From: a virus
Virus record (IMG/VR): IMGVR_UViG_3300045988_143931
Span: 1-64,000 of that record
Length of the DNA stretch: 64,000 bases
Direction: 5' to 3' (one strand)
Shown here: in pieces, positions 54,862 to 62,082 of the stretch
Layout of the letters: the number at the start of each line of letters is the position of its first letter
Position numbering within the stretch: the first letter of the stretch is position 1
The notes under the pieces: generated by a model
Told to the model about the DNA's origin: nothing
What the model saw: only the letters and a program-made list of their open reading frames with translations
Databases searched by the model: none
Position numbers and translations under genes: made by a program

Positions 54862-55019
54862 TACCTTACCTCTCTTCTATCCAAAATCTTCTGAATGGTT
54901 TTCTTATCTTTCTCAGATAAACTATCCCAATCTAACTTAAAACTCCCACAATTTTTATGGCGATTCCAACCATCATCACAATCATAAGAATAACGGTACG
55001 CACAATAATCACATGCCAT
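54861..55019 (-). CDS. Small Cys-rich protein (52 aa)
   Basis: Below the track cutoff. Reads MACDYCAYRYSYDCDDGWNRHKNCGSF..., with SD AGAGAGGTGA before the ATG at 55019. Confidence 0.5.
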   Translation of the reverse strand: MACDYCAYRYSYDCDDGWNRHKNCGSFKLDWDSLSEKDKKTIQKILDRREVR

Positions 55020-55039
55020 TTATTTTCACCTCTCTTCCA

Positions 55040-55057
55040 AAGAAATCGAACTTTCTT
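55040..55057 (-). promoter_or_regulatory. Intercistronic hairpin AAGAAA-N6-TTTCTT
   Basis: Arms at 55040-55045 and 55052-55057, starting 1-2 nt after the upstream stop. Confidence 0.45.
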
Positions 55058-55058
55058 G

Positions 55059-55481
55059 TTATAAAAACATTTTAATTTCCGCTTGATATAGCGAATCATA
55101 TCCTTGCATTAATTTCCAAACACAGAAATTATGATCATTGCCTTTATCTACAAACAACACGCAACTCTCATTTATATCTTCTATACAATAATTCTCTTTG
55201 ATATAATCAATATCAATACCATTTTCTAATTTACAGTAATAGATATTAAATTTTTCTCTATGAATATAATCTCCAATCATCGTTGTTAATAATAAACAAA
55301 GCATAACTGGCAGTTGTAAAAGAAAAAACAGCACTAATACTTCTTCTGTATCTGTTATAAAGAATTGTCTTATTGCACATATCTCTAATAAGATAATCAT
55401 AATCACAAATAAAATTCCAAAAAACAGATACCACTTATTAGCTGACCACACCTCTTTTGTTTTAATTTTTGTTTTATCCAT
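55059..55481 (-). CDS. Membrane protein
   Basis: Two TM stretches (WYLFFGILFVIMIILLEI, VLFFLLQLPVMLCLLL). SD GAGGTGA. Confidence 0.6.
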   Translation of the reverse strand: MDKTKIKTKEVWSANKWYLFFGILFVIMIILLEICAIRQFFITDTEEVLVLFFLLQLPVMLCLLLTTMIGDYIHREKFNIYYCKLENGIDIDYIKENYCIEDINESCVLFVDKGNDHNFCVWKLMQGYDSLYQAEIKMFL

Positions 55482-55502
55482 TTATTTTCACCTCACAATC
55501 CA

Positions 55503-55520
55503 AAGAAATGAAAATTTCTT
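55503..55520 (-). promoter_or_regulatory. Intercistronic hairpin AAGAAAT-N4-ATTTCTT
   Basis: Arms at 55503-55509 and 55514-55520. The ~45-nt leader is nearly the same as the one at 55020-55062. Confidence 0.45.
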
Positions 55521-55524
55521 CCTG

Positions 55525-55806
55525 TTATATTGGAAATCGTTCTTGTGTATTTTCCAAAAACATATCACTGTTTGGTTTCCAGCCTCCTGAATTCGAAAGA
55601 ATATCTTTTCTAATTCGTGCAAATTCGTCTATATGGTTTCTAAAATAATCAATAGCATCTCTTTCTCGTAAAAACTCTGTGTCATATTCCCAAAAGAAAT
55701 GTCTCTGATTTGTAATAAAAAACGAATTAGTATCTAAACAATAAGCAATGATCCATGATGAATATGTATCATTAAAGTTTTCGTTTTGTTTTAATTCTTT
55801 ATACAT
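55525..55806 (-). CDS. Hypothetical protein
   Basis: ORF track. SD GGAGGTGG. Confidence 0.6.
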   Translation of the reverse strand: MYKELKQNENFNDTYSSWIIAYCLDTNSFFITNQRHFFWEYDTEFLRERDAIDYFRNHIDEFARIRKDILSNSGGWKPNSDMFLENTQERFPI

Positions 55807-55853
55807 TTAACCACCTCCATTTTTAAAAAACTTTGATATTTGTCCTCAGTTCT

Positions 55854-56132
55854 TCATTTCTTCTTGCCTAAGTCCCATATAAAAAGATATAATGTACCAA
55901 TAATAATAATTAATTCCATTCCATATCCTATAATTATCCCTGGAATGAATAACGTTACAATTACACTACTTAATATTTTTCCCAATATGTTCCTATTATG
56001 AAATAATTTTTCAAACCAGTTTTTTAATGCTTTATGTGGTGTAGAATTGTCTATTCCTATATCTAAAGTAATTATAAATATGATATTGACAACCACTTCA
56101 ATAATTGCAAATATACCCAATAATACTTCCAT
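55854..56132 (-). CDS. Small membrane protein
   Basis: Hydrophobic segments at both ends. SD AAAGGAG. Confidence 0.6.
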   Translation of the reverse strand: MEVLLGIFAIIEVVVNIIFIITLDIGIDNSTPHKALKNWFEKLFHNRNILGKILSSVIVTLFIPGIIIGYGMELIIIIGTLYLFIWDLGKKK

Positions 56133-56157
56133 AGTTTCTCCTTTCTTAAATATTTAA

Positions 56158-56230
56158 TGTGCCATATGGGAGTTGAACCCATGACACCTCGATTAAAAGT
56201 CGAGTACTCTACCTACTGAGCTAATGGTAC
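56158..56230 (-). tRNA. tRNA-Lys (anticodon UUU)
   Basis: Manual cloverleaf: GTACCAT/ATGGCAC acceptor (A3:C70 mismatch), anticodon stem CTCGA/TCGAG, loop CTTTTAA, T arm ATGGG-TTCAACT-CCCAT, discriminator A. No encoded CCA. Confidence 0.85.
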
Positions 56231-56234
56231 GAAA

Positions 56235-56307
56235 CTAGACTGGTGGGATTCGAACCCACGAATGACAGAATCAAAATCTGTTGTGTTGACCACTTCACCA
56301 CAGCCCA
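56235..56307 (-). tRNA. tRNA-Gln (anticodon UUG)
   Basis: Manual cloverleaf: U1-A72 and G73 (Gln-like identity), anticodon stem ACAGA/TCTGT, loop TTTTGAT, T arm GTGGG-TTCGAAT-CCCAC. Confidence 0.85.
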
Positions 56308-56313
56308 TTGTCA

Positions 56314-56334
56314 GGTGTGGAATTTCACCACACC
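56314..56334 (-). promoter_or_regulatory. GC-rich hairpin in the tRNA leader
   Basis: GGTGTGG / CCACACC 7-bp stem with a 7-nt loop, between the AGAGAATATA box (56340) and tRNA-Gln. Confidence 0.4.
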
Positions 56335-56348
56335 TATATATTCTCTAA

Positions 56349-57218
56349 TTACTTATCAGTTACAACTGTATTATTTGTTCCTGAAATTGTAACCCAACCA
56401 AACTTATTTCTTGCTTCTGCTTCCTTCATTCTAATAAGCTCATCGGTAATAGAAGAACTTAACTTATTGTTAGCTTCTGCCTGTGCTTGAGCTTCTATGA
56501 GCTGTGCATCGGCTTTAGCCTGCGCTTCTGCCTTAGTTACTTCTGCATCTGCTTTTGCCTTATTAATAGCTGTTTGATTATTAATTTCCTGTGTTTCCGC
56601 AGCCTGCTGTGCGGTAATCTTAGCATTAATCGCTTCCATCGTATTTTCATCTACAGTAATATTAATAAGAGATACATTTGTAATATTAATTCCATATGTA
56701 GAAAATCTTTTATTAAGATAATCTGTTAATGCTGCATTAACATTTGCTCTTTCAGAACCGAGAATATCAGATACCTTATACTGCGCCACGACTTCTTTTG
56801 TCCAAGAAATGATATTAGGCTTAATAAAACTATCTCTTACTTCCTTACCAGATTGTCCTCTAAACCTTGTAAATAAATCAGCGACCTTTTCAGTGTTGTA
56901 CTGATATGTAAATGTTAAATCTAATGTCATAGCCTTACCTTCAGATGAACTAGCTGAAAAACTATCATCATCTTTAGAGTCTCCGTCCTTACCTGCTGTA
57001 AGATATGACTGTTCTAAGCTTACAGAATATAATGTAGTCTTTACTGTGGGTGACTTGAAATGCCATCCCTGTGTTAATACATCACCTTTGATTCCACCCG
57101 ACATACTGTACTGGATTGCAACATATCCCGCTGGAACACGAACTGTTGACTTAAATAAAATTATTGCTAAAAATAGTATCACTATGGCAGATACAACGCC
57201 ACCTACAACTTTCTTCAT
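56349..57218 (-). CDS. SPFH/Band 7 (prohibitin/HflK-like) membrane protein
   Basis: N-terminal TM segment, an SPFH core (VPAGYVAIQYS...GWHFKSP) and an Ala/Gln-rich coiled-coil tail. Confidence 0.8.
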   Translation of the reverse strand: MKKVVGGVVSAIVILFLAIILFKSTVRVPAGYVAIQYSMSGGIKGDVLTQGWHFKSPTVKTTLYSVSLEQSYLTAGKDGDSKDDDSFSASSSEGKAMTLDLTFTYQYNTEKVADLFTRFRGQSGKEVRDSFIKPNIISWTKEVVAQYKVSDILGSERANVNAALTDYLNKRFSTYGINITNVSLINITVDENTMEAINAKITAQQAAETQEINNQTAINKAKADAEVTKAEAQAKADAQLIEAQAQAEANNKLSSSITDELIRMKEAEARNKFGWVTISGTNNTVVTDK

Positions 57219-57376
57219 TGTTGTTTTGTCTCCTTTTCTTCTTTGTTATTTATTTCATCTGTTACAAGATCTTTTATTTTATTAATAGTAGAATTTCCTA
57301 TTTTTTGAAAAAATCTTGACAGTAGAAACCATATAATCATTAATCCAACTGCAATTAATATAAAAAATACTTCCAT
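57215..57376 (-). CDS. Small TM protein (53 aa) translationally coupled to the SPFH gene
   Basis: MEVFFILIAVGLMIIWFLLSRFF... SD AAAGGAG. Its stop overlaps the SPFH ATG (ATGA). Confidence 0.5.
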   Translation of the reverse strand: MEVFFILIAVGLMIIWFLLSRFFQKIGNSTINKIKDLVTDEINNKEEKETKQQ

Positions 57377-57391
57377 TTAATTATTCTCCTT

Positions 57392-57547
57392 TTACTTATC
57401 ATTCCATTCCATTTCCAATAGCTCGTCATATGTAGCAGCATTATCAGACAGACTCTTTTCTTTTTCTTCTAACAACTTAATACACATCTCAATAAGCTTT
57501 GGTTTAGAATAATTCTGTAATTCTTCTCTTAATTCTTCTTTATTCAT
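57392..57547 (-). CDS. Small hypothetical protein
   Basis: ATG at 57547, after AAAGGAG. Confidence 0.5.
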   Translation of the reverse strand: MNKEELREELQNYSKPKLIEMCIKLLEEKEKSLSDNAATYDELLEMEWNDK

Positions 57548-57557
57548 TATTCTCCTT

Positions 57558-57764
57558 TCACTCCATTTCTTTATTAACATTAAGACTAGTCTTTCGTTTT
57601 TCTTCGCTAGTTAATAAATCAATAAGTTCTAAAACTTGGCTGTATGCCATTAATTGTCCTTTCATTATTAATTCATTATCTTGAGAATGATGCACTTTTA
57701 AACTATCTTCTCCTACCGCAATACAATCATTAATCAAATTTTTTAATTTACTTAAAGTATTCAT
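57558..57764 (-). CDS. Small hypothetical protein
   Basis: ATG at 57764, 6 nt after GAGGTG. Confidence 0.5.
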   Translation of the reverse strand: MNTLSKLKNLINDCIAVGEDSLKVHHSQDNELIMKGQLMAYSQVLELIDLLTSEEKRKTSLNVNKEME

Positions 57765-57766
57765 TT

Positions 57767-57967
57767 TTAACACCTCGCCATAATATTATCTACATCACTT
57801 ATAAGAACATCTCCATCCTTAATTACCCACATACACTGATAATCTTTCTCAGCACATAATTTTGTAAAATCCCCATAAGATTGATATTTACCTGGTTTAG
57901 CCATAGCTCTATAACATTGTTTTCTATTCTTACAAGACTTACTTGTACACATCGTAATATCTGGCAT
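57767..57967 (-). CDS. Small Cys-rich protein
   Basis: ORF track. SD AAGGAG. Confidence 0.55.
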   Translation of the reverse strand: MPDITMCTSKSCKNRKQCYRAMAKPGKYQSYGDFTKLCAEKDYQCMWVIKDGDVLISDVDNIMARC

Positions 57968-57983
57968 TTATTCATTCTCCTTC

Positions 57984-59453
57984 CTATGCCATTGCAGCAC
58001 AATAATTATCAAAATCTTTCTTAATATATGTATAATTAATTTTCTGTGATGGACTAAAATCAGTCTTTTCATTCTGATAATCTTTCATCCATTTAGAGAA
58101 TTCTATATCTTTCTGAGTTTTATATACATAAGCCATTATTGCAATCAAAGCTGTTTTACATTTCTGATAAATAGGAGAACTTATTCTAACTATATCTTCT
58201 AAATCCTGTTCATAATCATTAATATCTAATTCAGAAATATCTTCACTTACATTATCCTGAACAAACTGTAATACATCAGAACTACCCGTATTCTGTTCTG
58301 ACATATTACTATCTGTTTCATCTTCGTTAGAAGACATAGTATTATTCTCTGTTTCAGATGTGATTTTTTCATTTTCTGAATGAGCTTCTTCCTTATTAAT
58401 ATGTAAATATTCTTCCATAAGCTTGATAAGCATACCAAACTTAGCAAATACAACTTTCTTATCCTTTGTACTTCTGTTACTGTCATATGTATCAAATGAT
58501 TCATTCTCATATTCTTCAAATGTCTTACTATGTAATGTTCTCTGAAATTCATTTAAGAAATCAGCAAACTTAATATCTTCTACATTGTATGAAGTGAATT
58601 TATGAAATGCTGCTAACCAAATAAAACTATTCTTACTATTAAATAACTGTCCGTTTGTGTTTTGATCTATTACATTCTGTAATCTATTAAGTTCCTCTTC
58701 TAATATATTGAATTCCTCTTCTGTGGCATTTTCATTAAGATACTTAGCCATAGCTGCGTTTTTCTTCCAAGAATCAGAATGGAACATTAACATAATAGAT
58801 TCTTCAACCACTCTATTTAGTACTTCTTTCTTGCGCTCTGGAGCTGTGTACTCACCACAATCCAAGAAAAATCTATTCTTTGTTACTCTCTTGAGTGAAT
58901 CTACCACTTTATACATCATTAAAACATTTTTTTGATTTGTATTCATGCTTGTCTGCTTATTATATCTATCAATATGGTAAGCTATTTCTTCATTAGTACA
59001 ATCAAGATGCTTAACTATGTCTACCTGAAAATTATCAAATTCTTCTTTTAATTCATCTGGAAGGTCTTTATACTTCTTACCTCTTAAATCATATTCCACT
59101 ACCTTACCACTGCCATCTTCAGCTTGATATGCAATCATAGGCATTCTCAATGATTTACTTATGGCAAATACATTATTCTTAAACTCTTCTAATACTGTTA
59201 ATCTCTGTAATCCATCAATCAACCAATTTGTAAAACCATCGCCTATTAACTGCTCACATAATTTTACAGAATCAATATCCTCATGCTTAATTACACTGGC
59301 AGCAAGTCCAGATTTTGCCTCGTCCGACCACTGATCAGGCTTTCTCTGTAATGGATGATTCTTATTGATTACATTTGTTCTAAACTGCTTAATCACCGTT
59401 CCTAACATTAACTGTGTCTTTACTACCTTATCTCTTCCTAACATTACTGCCAT
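57984..59453 (-). CDS. DUF262 (ParB-like nuclease/NTPase fold) protein without a recognisable DUF1524/HNH module
   Basis: N-terminal ...HPLQRKPDQW... and WLIDGLQRLT (DGQQR-type motif). Acidic, Ser-rich insert. Confidence 0.65.
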   Translation of the reverse strand: MAVMLGRDKVVKTQLMLGTVIKQFRTNVINKNHPLQRKPDQWSDEAKSGLAASVIKHEDIDSVKLCEQLIGDGFTNWLIDGLQRLTVLEEFKNNVFAISKSLRMPMIAYQAEDGSGKVVEYDLRGKKYKDLPDELKEEFDNFQVDIVKHLDCTNEEIAYHIDRYNKQTSMNTNQKNVLMMYKVVDSLKRVTKNRFFLDCGEYTAPERKKEVLNRVVEESIMLMFHSDSWKKNAAMAKYLNENATEEEFNILEEELNRLQNVIDQNTNGQLFNSKNSFIWLAAFHKFTSYNVEDIKFADFLNEFQRTLHSKTFEEYENESFDTYDSNRSTKDKKVVFAKFGMLIKLMEEYLHINKEEAHSENEKITSETENNTMSSNEDETDSNMSEQNTGSSDVLQFVQDNVSEDISELDINDYEQDLEDIVRISSPIYQKCKTALIAIMAYVYKTQKDIEFSKWMKDYQNEKTDFSPSQKINYTYIKKDFDNYCAAMA

Positions 59454-59471
59454 TGTAATATTCTCCCTTCT

Positions 59472-60128
59472 TTAATCAAATAATAATGATATGTATTCGT
59501 ATGACCTTAGAATCTTCATACAATCTAATAATTGTTGTTCTGTTATATGTAATAATTCCATAATTTCATCTCGATTGTATTCTTGAGAAAATAACTTTGC
59601 TACACCTCTAACTCTTTTAGGTAAATTGCTAAGATATAGTTCAACCTTATCTGTATATTCCTCTGCAATGAGAATATCTTCTATGTTTATCTTAGATGAT
59701 AGTGTCTCTTTTAAATTTTGCGTCTCATCATTATCCATATCAAATGAAACACTATCAATTCTTATAGGTCTTTTCTTGCCATTGATTTCTTCGTATATAA
59801 TCTTTCCATTACCGTCTCTGGCAAGATTGTTTCGGCAACCTGTATACTTATTATCACGAAACCAACTATAAGATGATCTTGAAATATTACCCGTTAGGTA
59901 TGTTTCAAATTTTGCCTTACTTTTAGTGTCATATGTAACTAAAGATTCTATTAATACCTCTATAGCATCATCAAGCAATTCGTCTTCTTCGTAATTATCA
60001 ACCTTACCTTTCCATATTTTATAGCAAATATTTTTTAACTTCTTCATTTCATTTGTCATATATAAATCAAGTATTTCTGACAACTTAGGATTGTTTTTAA
60101 TAACCAACATCATTTCTTTATTAATCAT
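59472..60128 (-). CDS. Sigma-70 family (ECF-like) phage sigma factor candidate
   Basis: Region 2-like DDAIEVLIESLVTYD...FETYLTGNISRSSYSWFRD. Region 4-like LPKRVRGVAKLF...RDEIMELLHITEQQL. Confidence 0.55.
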   Translation of the reverse strand: MINKEMMLVIKNNPKLSEILDLYMTNEMKKLKNICYKIWKGKVDNYEEDELLDDAIEVLIESLVTYDTKSKAKFETYLTGNISRSSYSWFRDNKYTGCRNNLARDGNGKIIYEEINGKKRPIRIDSVSFDMDNDETQNLKETLSSKINIEDILIAEEYTDKVELYLSNLPKRVRGVAKLFSQEYNRDEIMELLHITEQQLLDCMKILRSYEYISLLFD

Positions 60129-60169
60129 GACATCTACCTACCTTTCCATTTATATATTCTCGATTTACT

Positions 60170-60754
60170 TCACACTTTTTCATCTTCTTCTATCTCCGTA
60201 ACACGATACTTATATTTTCTATGTAATAATCCATCAACAGCTTTCTGTATGCGTTCTTTTTGAAAACGTGATGGTTTTATCTCATTTAATACATCAGATA
60301 TAATCATTAGTTCATCCTTTAATTCACGTCTTCTTCTACGATTCTTACGAAGTCTGACATATAACAGATATCCTTTATACATATTCATATCATTTTCCAA
60401 CTCAGCATCATGAACTATATCTATAAGTTCATCATCACAAGTATTAAGTTCGGCTATAAGTATGTTGCTTCTTGCTTCTGCTTCGTTTAACGTCTGTCCA
60501 ATTGAACCGAATTTATCAATCCATTGTGAAACGGATTCGGGTATTTTATATGTATTATTTTCTATAATTTTAGGTGGTATATCAGGTATTGCTTCAACAC
60601 GAAAACCATATCTCTTCAATGTTTTCGGTAATGAACTTAATATATTTTTTGCTTTCGACTCACTAAATATACTTTTCATTTTTTCTGCACATGTTTCTAT
60701 CTTCCCACTGTTTATTCGAAGATAAATTTTCCCACTCCTGATAATATAATCCAA
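60170..60754 (-). CDS. Hypothetical protein with an Arg-rich helix
   Basis: TTG at 60754 lies 4 nt after GGAGTGAT. The track's GTG is inside the SD. Confidence 0.6.
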   Translation of the reverse strand: MDYIIRSGKIYLRINSGKIETCAEKMKSIFSESKAKNILSSLPKTLKRYGFRVEAIPDIPPKIIENNTYKIPESVSQWIDKFGSIGQTLNEAEARSNILIAELNTCDDELIDIVHDAELENDMNMYKGYLLYVRLRKNRRRRRELKDELMIISDVLNEIKPSRFQKERIQKAVDGLLHRKYKYRVTEIEEDEKV

Positions 60755-60864
60755 GATAATCACTCCTCTCTGATTTTTGACGCACTTTAATAAGCCTTGG
60801 GTATACCAAAGAAAAATTAAAATGCTATTAAATTGTTAAAATTTGGAAAAATTCTGCGAATGCA

Positions 60865-60893
60865 TTGATTTTTATATAATTGATATGTATAAT
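60865..60893 (+). promoter_or_regulatory. Near-consensus sigma-A-type promoter TTGATT-17-TATAAT
   Basis: -35 at 60865-60870, 17-nt spacer, -10 at 60888-60893. Plus strand, opposite to all neighbouring genes. Confidence 0.6.
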
Positions 60894-60899
60894 TTAAAT

Positions 60900-60988
60900 G
60901 CGTACTAGTCTTTTTCCCCCAAGAAATAGATTTTGTATGTTGCTTGACTAGAAAGTTGGTAGCTGGCTAGTCAAGCATTTTTTATTTT
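60900..60988 (+). ncRNA. Candidate ~90-nt small RNA (promoter to intrinsic terminator)
   Basis: Predicted start ~7 nt after the -10. Terminator has a 10-bp stem GCTTGACTAG/CTAGTCAAGC (60942-60976) followed by ATTTTTTATTTT. Confidence 0.5.
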
Positions 60989-61054
60989 CTTTTCCATTAT
61001 ATTACTCCGAACATGTGTTTGTGTCAATATAAATTCGAACAAAAATTCGAGAAA

Positions 61055-61351
61055 TTATCTTAGCAAAATATCATGCATAATTCCCTTCTTAATAATATTT
61101 TTTATGTCCTGTTCGACATTAAATAGTTGCATATGAGGAATGTACTCATCCTCATTCACAATTATTGTTTTTGATTTTCTAACTAATAAGCACCCATCAT
61201 CAGGTGTTGCAATTTTCTTTGAAGAAGTATTATTATCAAAATCCATTGTAAGTATTACTACATTCTTAGGATTTTTCCCTTCAGCTTTCAGCTTTTGTAA
61301 TCTTTCAATTGCTTCGTCAATTGAGGTATAATCATATGTTTCTGTCTTCAT
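61055..61351 (-). CDS. Hypothetical protein downstream of MazF (antitoxin or partner candidate)
   Basis: ORF track. SD GGAGAGGAG. Lies 18 nt after the MazF stop. Confidence 0.6.
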   Translation of the reverse strand: MKTETYDYTSIDEAIERLQKLKAEGKNPKNVVILTMDFDNNTSSKKIATPDDGCLLVRKSKTIIVNEDEYIPHMQLFNVEQDIKNIIKKGIMHDILLR

Positions 61352-61369
61352 GATATTCTCTCCTCTCCC

Positions 61370-61720
61370 TTATATCAAAGCCAAACTTATTTTCATCGCT
61401 TCCATAACCTTTAAACTATCTTCAGCAGATAATTCACCAATTTTAAATTGAATCCGATCTTTATCAATCGTTGTAATCTGCTCTAATGCCACAACAGAAT
61501 CATATTTTAGTCCATTAAGCTCATCTTTATGTATTTCTACATGTGTTGGCAATTCTCTTTTAGACTTGGTTGTTATAATGGCAATTATAGTGGTAGGGCT
61601 AAACTTATTGCCAATATTGTTTTGCAATATTAGTACCGGTCTTTTACCACTCTGTTCTGAGCCTTTAGAATCGTATTTAGTTATATCAGCGAAATATATT
61701 TCACCACGTTTAATTTCCAT
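61370..61720 (-). CDS. mazF: MazF/PemK family endoribonuclease toxin
   Basis: RGEIYFADI...GSEQSGKRPVLILQNNIGNKFSPTTIIAIITT matches the PemK/MazF pattern. SD AAAGGAGGG. Confidence 0.85.
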   Translation of the reverse strand: MEIKRGEIYFADITKYDSKGSEQSGKRPVLILQNNIGNKFSPTTIIAIITTKSKRELPTHVEIHKDELNGLKYDSVVALEQITTIDKDRIQFKIGELSAEDSLKVMEAMKISLALI

Positions 61721-61764
61721 TATGTTAGCCCTCCTTTCTCTGTTTGTCCCTTTTGATATTTTAT

Positions 61765-61793
61765 ATAATACATCATATTATAATATATGTCAA
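61765..61793 (-). promoter_or_regulatory. Candidate promoter of the MazF operon, TTGACA-17-TATTAT
   Basis: -35 is the complement of 61788-61793 and -10 the complement of 61765-61770. The -35 lies inside the 20-bp palindrome. Confidence 0.5.
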
Positions 61794-61801
61794 CATATAT
61801 T
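61782..61801. promoter_or_regulatory. 20-bp palindrome AATATATGT-CA-ACATATATT (operator candidate)
   Basis: Perfect 9-bp arms between the divergent MazF and XRE promoters. Confidence 0.55.
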
Positions 61802-61802
61802 A

Positions 61803-61831
61803 TTGATTAATATATTATTTTTTACTATAAT
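61803..61831 (+). promoter_or_regulatory. Promoter of the XRE gene, TTGATT-17-TATAAT
   Basis: -35 at 61803-61808 and -10 at 61826-61831. Confidence 0.6.
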
Positions 61832-61861
61832 ACAAATAAATAATATATGAAGAGGTGCTAT

Positions 61862-62068
61862 ATGTACAAGCTTAATGTAAAAAATCTTTTAGATGCAAAA
61901 GGTAAAACACAATATTGGCTTTCTAAACAAACAGGGATATCCGCAAATAATGTAAGCAAAATCTATAATGGAGAAACAATCAATATTAGACTTGATACAA
62001 TTAATAAATTGTGTGAAGCATTAGAATGTACACCATGCGAATTATTTATTAAGGACGATACAAAATAA
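61862..62068 (+). CDS. XRE/Cro-CI family helix-turn-helix regulator
   Basis: QYWLSKQTGISANNVSKIYNGE...LDTINKLCEALECTPCELF. ATG at 61862, after AGAGGTG. This is the only plus-strand gene I support. Confidence 0.85.
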   Translation: MYKLNVKNLLDAKGKTQYWLSKQTGISANNVSKIYNGETINIRLDTINKLCEALECTPCELFIKDDTK

Positions 62069-62082
62069 CTTTGTATCATCCT

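Noticed and set aside
57984-59453. Calling the DUF262 protein a GmrSD-type type IV restriction enzyme.
   Set aside because: I could not find a DUF1524/His-Me nuclease motif in the C-terminal half. Only the DUF262 module is supported.
60898-60951. 17-codon ORF (MRTSLFPPRNRFCMLLD) inside the candidate sRNA.
   Set aside because: The ATG sits at or before the predicted transcription start, there is no SD, and the stop lies inside the terminator stem. I treat the unit as non-coding.
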